Shown here: positions 46,840 to 56,597 of the stretch, piece by piece
How positions within the stretch are numbered: position 1 is the first letter of the stretch
How the letters are laid out: the number at the start of each line of letters is the position of its first letter
DNA from: Rhizobium sp.
GTDB taxonomy: Bacteria; Pseudomonadota; Gammaproteobacteria; Xanthomonadales; Xanthomonadaceae
Assembly (NCBI GenBank): GCA_019459185.1
Contig: JAIBEO010000017.1
Span: 5,761-69,760, forward strand
DNA length: 64,000 nucleotides
Reading direction: 5' to 3'
Notes under the pieces: generated by a model
What the model was told of the DNA's origin: nothing
The model's input: the letters and a program-made list of their open reading frames with translations, nothing else
Databases searched by the model: none
Program-made: the position numbers and the translations under genes

Positions 46840-49464
46840 ATGAATTCCCAGCACCGCAAGCCGCTTCCCGGCACCGCCCTCGACTACTTCGACGCCCGCG
46901 CCGCCGTGGACGCGATCCAGCCCGGTGCCTGGGCAGGCCTGCCCTATACCTCGCGCGTGCTGGCCGAAAACCTGGTGCGCCGCTGCGAACCGGCCACGCT
47001 GGAGGCCTCGCTGCGCCAGCTGGTTGAGCGCAGGCGCGACCTCGACTTCCCCTGGTTCCCGGCGCGCGTGGTCTGCCACGACATCCTGGGCCAGACCGCG
47101 CTGGTGGACCTGGCCGGCCTGCGCGACGCCATCGCCGACCAGGGCGGCGACCCGGCCCAGGTGAACCCGGTGGTGCCCGTGCAGCTGATCGTGGACCACT
47201 CGCTGGCGGTGGAGTGCGGCGGCTTCGACCCCGATGCCTTCGCGAAGAACCGCGCCATCGAAGACCGCCGCAACGAAGACCGCTTCCACTTCATCGACTG
47301 GACCAAGCTGGCGTTCAAGAATGTCGACGTGATCCCGCCGGGCAACGGGATCATGCACCAGATCAACCTGGAGAAGATGTCGCCGGTGATTTACGTGCAA
47401 CATACTGATGAAGGGCGGGGCGTGGCCTTCCCCGACACCTGCGTGGGCACCGACAGCCACACGCCGCACGTGGACGCACTGGGCGTGATCGCCATTGGCG
47501 TCGGCGGCCTGGAAGCCGAGAACGTGATGCTGGGCCGCGCCTCGTGGATGCGCCTGCCGGACATCATCGGCGTGGAACTCAGCGGCAAGCCGCAGCCGGG
47601 CGTCACCGCCACCGACGTCGTGCTTTCGCTCACCGAATTCCTGCGCAAGCAGAAGGTCGTGGGTGCCTGGCTCGAGTTCCGCGGTGAAGGCGCCGCCGCG
47701 CTGACGCTGGGCGACCGCGCCACCATTTCCAACATGGCCCCGGAATACGGCGCCACCGCGGCGATGTTCTTCATCGACGGCAACACGCTCGACTACCTGC
47801 GCCTGACCGGCCGCACCGACGAGCAGGTGGCGCTGGTGGAAACCTATGCCAAGACCACCGGGCTGTGGGCCGACGCGCTGGCTACGGCGCAGTACGAGCG
47901 CACGCTGCACTTCGACCTCTCGTCGGTCGTGCGCACGATGGCCGGCCCCTCGAACCCGCATGCGCGCGTCGCCACCGCGGACCTGGCCGCCAAGGGCATC
48001 GCCGGCAACCTCGACGCCGCCCGCGCGCAGGAGGCCGAGGGCCTGATGCCCGACGGCGCGGTCATCATCGCCGCCATCACTTCGTGCACGAACACGTCCA
48101 ACCCGCGCAACGTCATCGCCGCCGGCCTGCTGGCGAAGAAGGCGAATGCGCTGGGCCTGGTGCGCAAGCCCTGGGTGAAGAGCTCGCTGGCGCCGGGCTC
48201 CAAGGCCGTGGCGCTGTACCTGGAGGAAGCGGGCCTGAAGACCGAGCTCGAGCAGCTGGGCTTCGGCATCGTCGCCTTCGCCTGCACCACCTGCAACGGC
48301 ATGAGCGGCGCGCTGGACCCGACGATCCAGCAGGAAATCATCGAACGCGACCTGTACGCCACCGCGGTGCTCAGCGGCAACCGCAACTTCGACGGCCGCA
48401 TCCATCCGTACGCGAAGCAGGCCTTCCTGGCCTCGCCGCCGCTGGTAGTGGCCTATGCCATCGCCGGCACCATCCGCTTCGACATCGAAAAGGACGCGCT
48501 GGGCCATCGCGCCGACGGTACGCCCATCCTGCTCAAGGACCTGTGGCCCAGTGACGCCGAGATCGACGCCCTCGTGAAGGCGGCGGTGAAGCCCGAGCAG
48601 TTCCGCAAGGTGTACGAGCCGATGTTCAGGATTTCGGTGGAGTCGGGCGGGGCCGTGAGCCCGCTGTACGACTGGCGCCCGCAGAGCACCTACATCCGCC
48701 GCCCGCCGTACTGGGAAGGCGCGCTGGCCAAGCCGCGCACGCTCACCGGGCTGCGCCCGCTGGCGCTGCTGGGCGACAACATCACCACCGACCACCTCTC
48801 GCCCTCGAATGCGATCCTGGCCAACAGCGCCGCCGGCGAATACCTGGCGAAGATGGGCCTGCCGGAAGAGGACTTCAATTCCTACGCCACCCACCGCGGC
48901 GACCACCTGACCGCGCAGCGCGCCACCTTCGCCAACCCCACGCTGCTCAACGAGATGGCGGTGGTGGACGGCGCGCTGAAGAAGGGTTCGCTGGCGCGCG
49001 TGGAGCCGGAAGGCCAGGTGATGCGCATGTGGGAGGCGATCGAAACCTACATGGAGCGCGGCCAGCCGCTGATCATCGTGGCCGGCGCCGACTACGGCCA
49101 GGGTTCGAGCCGCGACTGGGCTGCGAAGGGCGTGCGCCTGGCCGGCGTGGAGGTGATCGTGGCCGAGGGCTTCGAGCGCATCCACCGCACCAACCTGATC
49201 GGCATGGGCGTGCTGCCGCTGGAATTCCTGCCCGGCACCACCCGCACGACGCTGGGCCTGGACGGCACCGAAACCTACGACGTGCTCGGCGCCCGCGCCC
49301 CACGCGCGACGCTGACACTGGTGGTGAACCGCCGCAACGGCGAGCGCCTCGAGGTGCCCGTGCAGTGCCGCCTCGACTCCGACGAGGAAGTGTCGATCTA
49401 CGAAGCCGGCGGCGTTCTGCAGCGCTTCGCCCAGGATTTCCTGGAGTCCACCCAGGCCGCCTGA
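46840..49464 (+). CDS. acnD: Fe/S-dependent 2-methylisocitrate dehydratase
   Basis: MNSQHRKPLPGT..DYFDAR start, RVVCHDILGQTALVDLAGLRDA, ITSCTNTSN, ACTTCNGMSG; linked to prpF. Confidence 0.95.
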   Translation: MNSQHRKPLPGTALDYFDARAAVDAIQPGAWAGLPYTSRVLAENLVRRCEPATLEASLRQLVERRRDLDFPWFPARVVCHDILGQTALVDLAGLRDAIADQGGDPAQVNPVVPVQLIVDHSLAVECGGFDPDAFAKNRAIEDRRNEDRFHFIDWTKLAFKNVDVIPPGNGIMHQINLEKMSPVIYVQHTDEGRGVAFPDTCVGTDSHTPHVDALGVIAIGVGGLEAENVMLGRASWMRLPDIIGVELSGKPQPGVTATDVVLSLTEFLRKQKVVGAWLEFRGEGAAALTLGDRATISNMAPEYGATAAMFFIDGNTLDYLRLTGRTDEQVALVETYAKTTGLWADALATAQYERTLHFDLSSVVRTMAGPSNPHARVATADLAAKGIAGNLDAARAQEAEGLMPDGAVIIAAITSCTNTSNPRNVIAAGLLAKKANALGLVRKPWVKSSLAPGSKAVALYLEEAGLKTELEQLGFGIVAFACTTCNGMSGALDPTIQQEIIERDLYATAVLSGNRNFDGRIHPYAKQAFLASPPLVVAYAIAGTIRFDIEKDALGHRADGTPILLKDLWPSDAEIDALVKAAVKPEQFRKVYEPMFRISVESGGAVSPLYDWRPQSTYIRRPPYWEGALAKPRTLTGLRPLALLGDNITTDHLSPSNAILANSAAGEYLAKMGLPEEDFNSYATHRGDHLTAQRATFANPTLLNEMAVVDGALKKGSLARVEPEGQVMRMWEAIETYMERGQPLIIVAGADYGQGSSRDWAAKGVRLAGVEVIVAEGFERIHRTNLIGMGVLPLEFLPGTTRTTLGLDGTETYDVLGARAPRATLTLVVNRRNGERLEVPVQCRLDSDEEVSIYEAGGVLQRFAQDFLESTQAA

Positions 49465-49496
49465 TTTGCCTGACGGCCAGACGAGTCGCCGGCGGA

Positions 49497-49551
49497 TTGC
49501 CGGTGCCCGTGGGGCGGCGTAAACTCCGATGGCAATCTTTGCCATTGGAGT
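49497..49551 (+). promoter_or_regulatory. Internal sigma70 promoter and antitoxin operator upstream of parD
   Basis: TTGCCG-17 bp-TAAACT (49497-49525) overlapped by inverted repeat ACTCCGATGGCAA-TCT-TTGCCATTGGAGT (49523-49551, one mismatch). Confidence 0.65.
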
Positions 49552-49565
49552 CCGCCGTGGCCACC

Positions 49566-49796
49566 ATGAACATTTCCCTGCCCGATGACCTGAAGGCCTT
49601 CGTCGACGCCCAGGTCGCCGAGCATGCCTACGGATCCAGCAGCGAATACCTGCGCGAACTGATCCGCAAGCAGCGCGACATCGAAAAGCTTCGCGGCATG
49701 CTGCTCGAAGGCGCCAACTCGGGCCCGGGCGAACTCGTGACCGGGGACACCTTCCTGCGGATGCGCGAACAGCTCCGCGCCCGATACGCGAAGTGA
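49566..49796 (+). CDS. Type II antitoxin, ParD family (ribbon-helix-helix)
   Basis: MNISLPDDLKAFVDAQV...YGSSSEYLRELIR...KLRGMLLEGANSG. Confidence 0.9.
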   Translation: MNISLPDDLKAFVDAQVAEHAYGSSSEYLRELIRKQRDIEKLRGMLLEGANSGPGELVTGDTFLRMREQLRARYAK

Positions 49797-50119
49797 AACC
49801 TGCCATCTGGCGCAGCGTCGCCGAGCGCGATGCCGCCGAGGCCGCCTGGTGGTACGCGCAACAGGCCGGGCTTGAGGCCGGCGAACGCTTCCTGGCCGCC
49901 GTCGAAGACGGCATCGCGCACATCTCGCGCCATCCCGCGACAGGGTCGGTGCGTTATGCCGTGGCCCTCGGCATCGACGGGCTGCGGTTCTGGCCGCTCG
50001 GTGAATACCCCTACCTGATCCTCTACATCGAACTCGAAACCCATCTCGACGTCCTTCGAGTACTGCACGCGCAGCGGGACGTCCCCGATTGGATGGGGGC
50101 AACCAAGGAACCGAAATGA
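49793..50119 (+). CDS. Type II toxin, RelE/ParE family
   Basis: 108 aa; GTGA overlap with the antitoxin; AERD..EAAWWY, HP.TGS.RYA, LRFWPLGEYPYLILY, VLRVLHAQRD. Confidence 0.88.
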   Translation: MKPAIWRSVAERDAAEAAWWYAQQAGLEAGERFLAAVEDGIAHISRHPATGSVRYAVALGIDGLRFWPLGEYPYLILYIELETHLDVLRVLHAQRDVPDWMGATKEPK

Positions 50120-51303
50120 GCCACGCACCGCAAATCAAGATTCCCGCCACCTATATGCGCGGCGGCACGTCGAAGGGCGTGTTCTTCCGCCTCGAGGACC
50201 TGCCCGAGGCCGCGCGCGTGCCCGGCCCGGCACGCGACGCGCTGCTGATGCGCGTCATCGGTTCGCCCGACCCCTACGGCAAGCACACCGACGGCATGGG
50301 CGGCGCCACCTCCAGCACCAGCAAGTGCGTGATCATTTCGAAGAGCGCGCAGCCCGGCCACGACGTGGACTACCTCTACGGCCAGGTGTCCATCGACACC
50401 GCCTTCGTGGACTGGAGCGGCAACTGCGGCAACCTCAGCACGGCCGTGGGTCCGTTCGCGATTGCCAACGGCTTCATCGACCCGGCGCGCGTGCCGGAAA
50501 ACGGCGTCTGCGTCGTGCGCGTCTGGCAGGCGAATATCTCCAAGACCATCCTCTGCCACGTGCCCGTCACCCACGGCCAGGTGCAGGAAACCGGCGACTT
50601 CGAGCTCGACGGCGTCACCTTCCCGGCGGCCGAGATCGTGCTTGAGTTCATCGACCCGGCCGACGAGGGCGATGGCGAGGGCGGCGGCGCCATGTTCCCC
50701 ACCGGCAACCTCACCGACAACCTCGAGGTGCCCGGCCTCGGCACGCTCGAAGTGACGATGATCAACGCCGGCATCCCCACGGTTTTCGTGAACGCGAAGG
50801 ACATCGGTTACACCGGCACCGAGCTGCAGGACGCCATCAACGGCGACCCGAAGGCCCTGGCCATGTTCGAGACCCTCCGCGCCCACGGCGCCGTGCGCAT
50901 GGGTCTGATCAGGGACGTGGCCGACGCGGCCAAGCGCCAGCACACGCCCAAGGTGGCCTTCGTGGCGCCGCCGGCCGACTACACCACCAGCAGCGGCAAG
51001 CGCGTGGCCGCCGCCGACATCGACCTGCACGTGCGCGCGCTCAGCATGGGCAAGCTGCACCACGCCATGATGGGCACCTGCGCCGTGGCCATCGGCACCG
51101 CGGCGGCCATTCCCGGCACCCTGGTGAACCGCGCGGCCGGCGGCGGCGCCCGCGAGGCGGTGCGCTTCGGCCACCCCAGCGGCACCCTGCGCGTGGGCGC
51201 CCAGGCCGAACAGGCCGGCGGCCAGTGGGTGGTGCGCAAGGCCATCATGAGCCGCAGCGCGCGCGTGCTGATGGAAGGCTGGGTACGGGTGCCGGCGGCC
51301 TGA
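50116..51303 (+). CDS. prpF: 2-methylaconitate cis-trans isomerase
   Basis: IPATYMRGGTSKGVFF, GGATSSTSK, NCGNL, SMGKLHHAMMGT, RSARVLMEG; ATGA overlap with the toxin stop. Confidence 0.95.
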   Translation: MSHAPQIKIPATYMRGGTSKGVFFRLEDLPEAARVPGPARDALLMRVIGSPDPYGKHTDGMGGATSSTSKCVIISKSAQPGHDVDYLYGQVSIDTAFVDWSGNCGNLSTAVGPFAIANGFIDPARVPENGVCVVRVWQANISKTILCHVPVTHGQVQETGDFELDGVTFPAAEIVLEFIDPADEGDGEGGGAMFPTGNLTDNLEVPGLGTLEVTMINAGIPTVFVNAKDIGYTGTELQDAINGDPKALAMFETLRAHGAVRMGLIRDVADAAKRQHTPKVAFVAPPADYTTSSGKRVAAADIDLHVRALSMGKLHHAMMGTCAVAIGTAAAIPGTLVNRAAGGGAREAVRFGHPSGTLRVGAQAEQAGGQWVVRKAIMSRSARVLMEGWVRVPAA

Positions 51304-51311
51304 TCCGGCCC

Positions 51312-51392
51312 TCAACTATCAATCAACTATCGGATTTAAGGAAATTGATAAATTAGGGGTGCTCCGGTATTATCAATTTCCTCGAAATTGAT
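51312..51392. promoter_or_regulatory. AT-rich repeat cluster upstream of fic (candidate autoregulatory operator)
   Basis: 13-bp perfect inverted repeat AGGAAATTGATAA (51339-51351)/TTATCAATTTCCT (51370-51382), third copy GAAATTGAT (51384-51392), CAACTATC direct repeat. Confidence 0.6.
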
Positions 51393-51403
51393 GGTGGCAA
51401 CCC

Positions 51404-52741
51404 GTGACCATCCCCCAGGTGCCTCCGCGTCTTGCCGATGTGGCCCGCGTGGATCCGGGCGCCTTTGACCGGGCATTCAAGTCGCGGGCCTTGGTCGATG
51501 ACCTGCGTTACCTCCACTGGGATGACTTGCGGCACCGCCCGCCCCCGGAAGGTCTTTCCTCGCAGGACTGGTGGTTCGCGCTGAAGATCCGAAGAATGGG
51601 GGTGCTCCGCACCTTGCCGTTCAACGATCGACGCGGGCAGCCCTTCCAGTTCGGGATGACGGACTGCATCGTTGAACTGCTGCACCGGATAGACATGGCA
51701 TTGGGTGGTCGTCGCGACGTGCTCCACACGCTCGCGACTGACGAAATGCGCGACCGCTACCTCGTAAGTGGCCTTATCGAGGAAGCCATCACGTCGAGCC
51801 AGATGGAGGGTGCATCCACGACCCGACAGATAGCCTCGAAGATGCTGCGTTCGGGACGGCCGCCCCGGACCAGGAGCGAGCAGATGATCGCCAACAACTA
51901 CCGAGCCATGGAGTTCATTCGTCGCCAGGACCGGGAGTCGCTGACACCATCCGTTGTTTGCGAATTGCAGCGCATTCTCACGCAGCACACGCTTGATGAT
52001 CCCGAGGACGCAGGCAGGCTGCAGCGTGCACAGGACGCCCGGGTCAATGTTGTCGACAACCTCGATGGCACCATCCTCCACACGCCACCCGACGCCGTCG
52101 AGCTACCTGCCAGGCTGCAGCGCCTTTGCGACTTTGCGAACGGACGAATCGAGCACAAGGGCTACCTGCACCCCGTCGTTCGCGCCATCCTGCTGCACTT
52201 CATGCTGGCCTATGACCATCCGTTCGCCGACGGCAATGGGCGCACGGCCCGCGCATTGTTCTACTGGGGAATGCTCAACCAGGGCTATGAACTGGCCGAG
52301 TTCCTGTCCATCTCACGGGTCCTGAAATTGGCGCAGGGCCAATACAAGCTTGCTTTCCTTCACACGGAGACAGACGAGAACGACACCACGTATTTCGTTA
52401 TCCATCAGCTCCGGGCGGTGGAGAAGGCAATCAAGGCGCTCAGGGCCTATCTGGACAAGAAAACCAGGCAGATCGCCAAGCTCGACAGCCAGATGCGTGA
52501 CGGCCAACGGTTGAACCATCGGCAGCGTGCACTTCTTGCCCACGCGCTCAGGCACCCCGGGTTCCAATACACCATCGAATCCCATCGAGTCAGCCACGCC
52601 GTTGCGTTCGCGACCGCACGTGCAGACCTGATTGATTTGGTCGATAAGGGCTACCTTGATGAGGTTGCGCGCTCCGGCCGCGCGAGGATATTTGTCTCAC
52701 CCGGGAACCTCGGGGACCGGTTGGGAATATCTACGGACTGA
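51404..52741 (+). CDS. Fic family protein with C-terminal winged-HTH
   Basis: Canonical HPFADGNGRTARAL motif; C-terminal LNHRQ...ATARADLIDLVDKGYL HTH-like segment; visibly lower GC than its flanks. Confidence 0.9.
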   Translation: MTIPQVPPRLADVARVDPGAFDRAFKSRALVDDLRYLHWDDLRHRPPPEGLSSQDWWFALKIRRMGVLRTLPFNDRRGQPFQFGMTDCIVELLHRIDMALGGRRDVLHTLATDEMRDRYLVSGLIEEAITSSQMEGASTTRQIASKMLRSGRPPRTRSEQMIANNYRAMEFIRRQDRESLTPSVVCELQRILTQHTLDDPEDAGRLQRAQDARVNVVDNLDGTILHTPPDAVELPARLQRLCDFANGRIEHKGYLHPVVRAILLHFMLAYDHPFADGNGRTARALFYWGMLNQGYELAEFLSISRVLKLAQGQYKLAFLHTETDENDTTYFVIHQLRAVEKAIKALRAYLDKKTRQIAKLDSQMRDGQRLNHRQRALLAHALRHPGFQYTIESHRVSHAVAFATARADLIDLVDKGYLDEVARSGRARIFVSPGNLGDRLGISTD

Positions 52742-52789
52742 CCGGTGTCGTCGGGTAACATCGCCGGCACCGCATTGAAGGAGCCCGCC

Positions 52790-53479
52790 ATGTCCCTCGC
52801 CGGAAAAACCATCGCCGTCACCGGCGCCTTCGGAGCCCTGGGCACCGCCGTCGTCACGGCGCTGCAGGCGCAGGGCGCCGCCGTGGCCGCCATCGACCGC
52901 GCCGAGGCGCCACGCGACCCCGCGGCGCTGGGCGCCGCCAGCCAACACGGCGGCGTCGACCTGGGCGACGCGGCCTCGGCCGCCGCCGCGTTCGACGCCA
53001 TCGTCAGGAAGCACGGCCGCCTGGACGGCCTGGTGAACATCGCCGGCGGCTTCGCCTGGGAAAAAGTGCAGGGCGGTTCGCTCGACACCTGGGACGCGCA
53101 GTACCGCATGAACCTGCGCACCGCCGTGGCCGCCATCCAGGCCGCGCTGGCGCACCTGCCCGACGGCGGACGCATCGTGAACATCGGCGCCAACGGCGCG
53201 GTCAAGGCCGGCGCCGGCATGGGCGCCTACGCGGCCTCCAAAGCCGGCGTGATGCGCCTCACCGAGGCCCTGGCCGAAGAGCTCAAGGACCGCGGCATCA
53301 CCGTCAACGCGCTGCTGCCGAGCATCATCGACACCGCCGCGAACCGGAAGGACATGCCCGACGCCGACTTCAGCCGCTGGGTGCAGCCGGCGCAGCTGGC
53401 CGCCACCATCACCTTCCTGCTGTCCGACGGCGCGGCGGCGATCACCGGTGCGCTGATCCCGGTGGTCGGCCGGGTCTGA
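52790..53479 (+). CDS. Short-chain dehydrogenase/reductase
   Basis: TGAFGALG, VNIAG, YAASK, VNALLP. Confidence 0.9.
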   Translation: MSLAGKTIAVTGAFGALGTAVVTALQAQGAAVAAIDRAEAPRDPAALGAASQHGGVDLGDAASAAAAFDAIVRKHGRLDGLVNIAGGFAWEKVQGGSLDTWDAQYRMNLRTAVAAIQAALAHLPDGGRIVNIGANGAVKAGAGMGAYAASKAGVMRLTEALAEELKDRGITVNALLPSIIDTAANRKDMPDADFSRWVQPAQLAATITFLLSDGAAAITGALIPVVGRV

Positions 53480-53507
53480 CCCCACCCACGCGCGAGGCGA
53501 CGACGCC

Positions 53508-55904
53508 ATGGCCTCCAACGACTTGCTGCAGGCCGCCCTGCTTCGCGCGACGCTGCGGCTGCTGCTGAAGCCCGCGCTGTCGCCGCGCCTGCCGTTGGGC
53601 TTCCAGCGCGGCTGGATGCACCTGCTTGCGCGCATCGTTCGGCTGCCGCCGGGCGTGGCGCGGCAGGACGTCGAACTCGCCGGCGTGCCCGCCGAACGCT
53701 GGCAGGACACGCGCGCGCCCGCCTGCCGCCCCGGCACCGTGCTGATGCTGCACGGCGGCGCCTTCTGCGCCGGCTCGCCGCGCACGCACCGCGCGCTGGC
53801 CGCGTGGCTGGCGCGCGACAGCGGCTTAGCCGTGGTGGTGCCCGACTACCGCCTCGCGCCGGAGTATCCGTTCCCCGCGGCGCTGGATGACGCGCTGGCG
53901 GTCTACGACGCGCTCGCCGCGCAGGGCCCCGTGCTGCTGGTGGGAGATTCCGCCGGCGGTGGCCTCGCGCTGGCGCTGGCGCAGAAGGTCCGCGACAGCG
54001 CGCGCCCCGCGCCCGCCGCGCTGGCCCTGCTCTCGCCCTGGGTGGACCTGCGCCCTGGCCAGCTTCCCGAACCCGTGCCCGGCGAAGCCATGCTCGGCGC
54101 CGCCTGGCTGCAGGCCTGCGCCCGCCACTACGCCGGCGAAAACACCGGCGACCCGCGCGTATCGCCCTTGCTTGGCGAGCTCCGCGGCCTGCCGCCCACC
54201 TTCCTCCAGTGCGGCAGCGACGAACTGCTGTGCGCGCAGTCGCGTTCCCTGGCAGACGCGCTGCAGGCCGCAGGCGTGCCCACCACGCTCGAAGTGGTTC
54301 CGGATCGCTGGCATGTCTTCCAGCTGCACGCCGGCCAGCTGCCGTCCGCGAATGCCGCCATGGCGCGGCTGGCGCGCTTCCTGCAGCAGCACCTCGATGC
54401 CACCGCCGCTCCGCGCCACGACGTGCACGACGTGGTCATCCTGGGCGCCGGCATGTCGGGCCTGTGCATGGCCATGCAGCTGCAGCGCGAAGGCCTGCAC
54501 GACTTCGTGGTGCTTGAACAGCAGCCGGGCCTGGGCGGCACCTGGTGGGACAACCGCTATCCCGGCGCGCAGGTGGACGTGCCGGCCCCGGCGTATTCCT
54601 TCTCCTTCGCGCCGAACCCGCACTGGCGCCAGCGTTTCGCCAATGCGCCGGAAATCCAGGCATACCAGCAGGCCCTGGCCGAACGGCACGGCCTGTTCGC
54701 GCGCCTGCGCCTGGGCACGCGGCTGGGCGAAGCACGCTTCGACGAGGCCAGCGGCCTGTGGCAGTTCCGCACCGCGCGCGGCGACACGCTCACGTCGCGT
54801 TTCTTCGTCTGCAGCACGGGCCCGCTGAGCCAGCCGCGCTGGCCGGATATCCCGGGCCTCGACGCCTTCGAAGGTGAAAAGCTGCACTCCGCCCGTTGGG
54901 ACGCCAGCATTCCGCTCGCGGACAAGCGCGTGGCCGTGGTCGGCACCGGTTCGACCGCGGTGCAGCTGATCCCGCCCATCGCCCGCGAAGCCGCGCGGCT
55001 GCACGTGTTCCAGCGCACCGCCAACTGGGTGCTGCCGCGCTTCGAGCGGCGCTATTACTGGTTCGACGGCCTGCTGGTGCGTTTCCCGCCCTACGCCAGG
55101 GCGGTGCGCTTCGGCTGGGTGCAGTTCCTCGAGCTCACGCGCCGCGGCTTCCAGGATGGCACGCTGATGCGTCGCTTCATGCTGGGCCTGGCCGCGCGCC
55201 ACCGCCGCAAGCAGGTTCCCGATGCGGAGAAGCGCGCCGCGCTCACGCCGGATTATCCGCTGGGCTGCAAGCGCATCATCTACGCCAACGACTATTACCC
55301 GGCGCTGGCGCAGCCGAACGTGGAGCTGGTGACCACCGGCATCGCGCGGTTCACTGCACGGGGCATCGTCACCACCGACGGCGTCGGGCGGCCGCTGGAC
55401 GCGGTGGTCTGCGCCACCGGCTTCGACACCGTGCACCTGCTGCAGTCGGTGCAGGTCACCGGCCGCGGCGGCCACCCCCTGGCCGAAGCCTGGCGCGACG
55501 GCCCCGAGGCCTTCCACGGCATCAGCGTGGCGGGTTTTCCCAACCTGTTCCTGATGCTCGGCCCGAACACCGCCACCGGCCACACCTCCACGCTGCTCTA
55601 CATCGAACCGGCGGTGCGCCACGCCATCGCCTGCATGCAGGCCGTGCGCCGCGCCGGCTACCGTGCCATCGAACTGCGCGCCGAGGTGCAGCAGGCCCAC
55701 AACGCCGCCCTGCAGCAGCGCCTGGCCGGCTCGGTGTGGGCCCAGTGCCGCAGTTGGTACCGCATGGACAGCGGCAAGGTTATCGCCATCTTCCCGGGCT
55801 TCACCCGCGAATACGTGCGGGCGGTGCGCGAGCCGGATTTCAACGACTACCGCTTCCTCGGGGCGCCCGAGGCCTCCACCGTCCCTGCACGCCCACCGGC
55901 CTAG
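53508..55904 (+). CDS. Fusion of HSL-family alpha/beta esterase (N-terminal) and Baeyer-Villiger-type flavin monooxygenase (C-terminal)
   Basis: HGGAF, GDSAGG, DELL, HVF esterase motifs; GAGMSG, GGTWWDNRYPGAQVD, FEGEKLHSARWD, GTGSTA BVMO motifs in one open frame. Confidence 0.87.
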   Translation: MASNDLLQAALLRATLRLLLKPALSPRLPLGFQRGWMHLLARIVRLPPGVARQDVELAGVPAERWQDTRAPACRPGTVLMLHGGAFCAGSPRTHRALAAWLARDSGLAVVVPDYRLAPEYPFPAALDDALAVYDALAAQGPVLLVGDSAGGGLALALAQKVRDSARPAPAALALLSPWVDLRPGQLPEPVPGEAMLGAAWLQACARHYAGENTGDPRVSPLLGELRGLPPTFLQCGSDELLCAQSRSLADALQAAGVPTTLEVVPDRWHVFQLHAGQLPSANAAMARLARFLQQHLDATAAPRHDVHDVVILGAGMSGLCMAMQLQREGLHDFVVLEQQPGLGGTWWDNRYPGAQVDVPAPAYSFSFAPNPHWRQRFANAPEIQAYQQALAERHGLFARLRLGTRLGEARFDEASGLWQFRTARGDTLTSRFFVCSTGPLSQPRWPDIPGLDAFEGEKLHSARWDASIPLADKRVAVVGTGSTAVQLIPPIAREAARLHVFQRTANWVLPRFERRYYWFDGLLVRFPPYARAVRFGWVQFLELTRRGFQDGTLMRRFMLGLAARHRRKQVPDAEKRAALTPDYPLGCKRIIYANDYYPALAQPNVELVTTGIARFTARGIVTTDGVGRPLDAVVCATGFDTVHLLQSVQVTGRGGHPLAEAWRDGPEAFHGISVAGFPNLFLMLGPNTATGHTSTLLYIEPAVRHAIACMQAVRRAGYRAIELRAEVQQAHNAALQQRLAGSVWAQCRSWYRMDSGKVIAIFPGFTREYVRAVREPDFNDYRFLGAPEASTVPARPPA

Positions 55905-55913
55905 ACTGGCGGC

Positions 55914-56594
55914 ATGAAAATCAACGCCGATTTCAGCCAGCGCGTGGTGCTGCGGCCGGGTGAGACGCCCTGGCAGGCCTCGCCGTCTCCGGGCGTCGAG
56001 CGCCGTTTGCTCGACCGCATCGGCGACGAACAGGCGCGCGCCACCAGCCTGGTGCGCTACGCCCCCGGCTCGGTCTTCCCCGAACACGGCCACCCGGCGG
56101 GCGAGGAGATCTTGGTGCTCGAGGGCGTGTTCAGCGACGAACGCGGTGACCACGGCCCCGGCACCTACCTGCGCAACCCGGAGGGTTTCCGCCACGCGCC
56201 GCGCAGCGCCGGCGGCTGCACGCTGTTCGTGAAGCTGCGGCAGTTCGCGCCCGGCGACGAGGCCAGCGTCACCATCGACACCGCGAGCGGCGACTGGCGC
56301 CCCGGCCTGGTGCCGGGCCTGCGGGTGATGCCCCTGCATTCCTTCGGCACCGAACACACGGCGCTGGTGGACTGGGCGCCCGGCACAGTGTTCCAGCCGC
56401 ACACGCATTTCGGCGGCGAGGAGATCCTGGTGCTGCGCGGCGTATTCGAGGATGAACACGGCGCGTACCCGGCCGGCAGCTGGCTGCGCAGCCCGCACCT
56501 GTCGCGGCATGCGCCGTTCACGCGGCAAGGGGCGACGATCCTGGTCAAGGTGGGGCACCTGGACGAGGAGCGGTTGCGGCCTTGGCTGGATTAG
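55914..56594 (+). CDS. ChrR-like tandem cupin protein
   Basis: Two copies of H.H..GEEILVL.GVF.DE.G..G.YLR/WLR.P. Confidence 0.85.
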   Translation: MKINADFSQRVVLRPGETPWQASPSPGVERRLLDRIGDEQARATSLVRYAPGSVFPEHGHPAGEEILVLEGVFSDERGDHGPGTYLRNPEGFRHAPRSAGGCTLFVKLRQFAPGDEASVTIDTASGDWRPGLVPGLRVMPLHSFGTEHTALVDWAPGTVFQPHTHFGGEEILVLRGVFEDEHGAYPAGSWLRSPHLSRHAPFTRQGATILVKVGHLDEERLRPWLD

Positions 56595-56597
56595 GCG

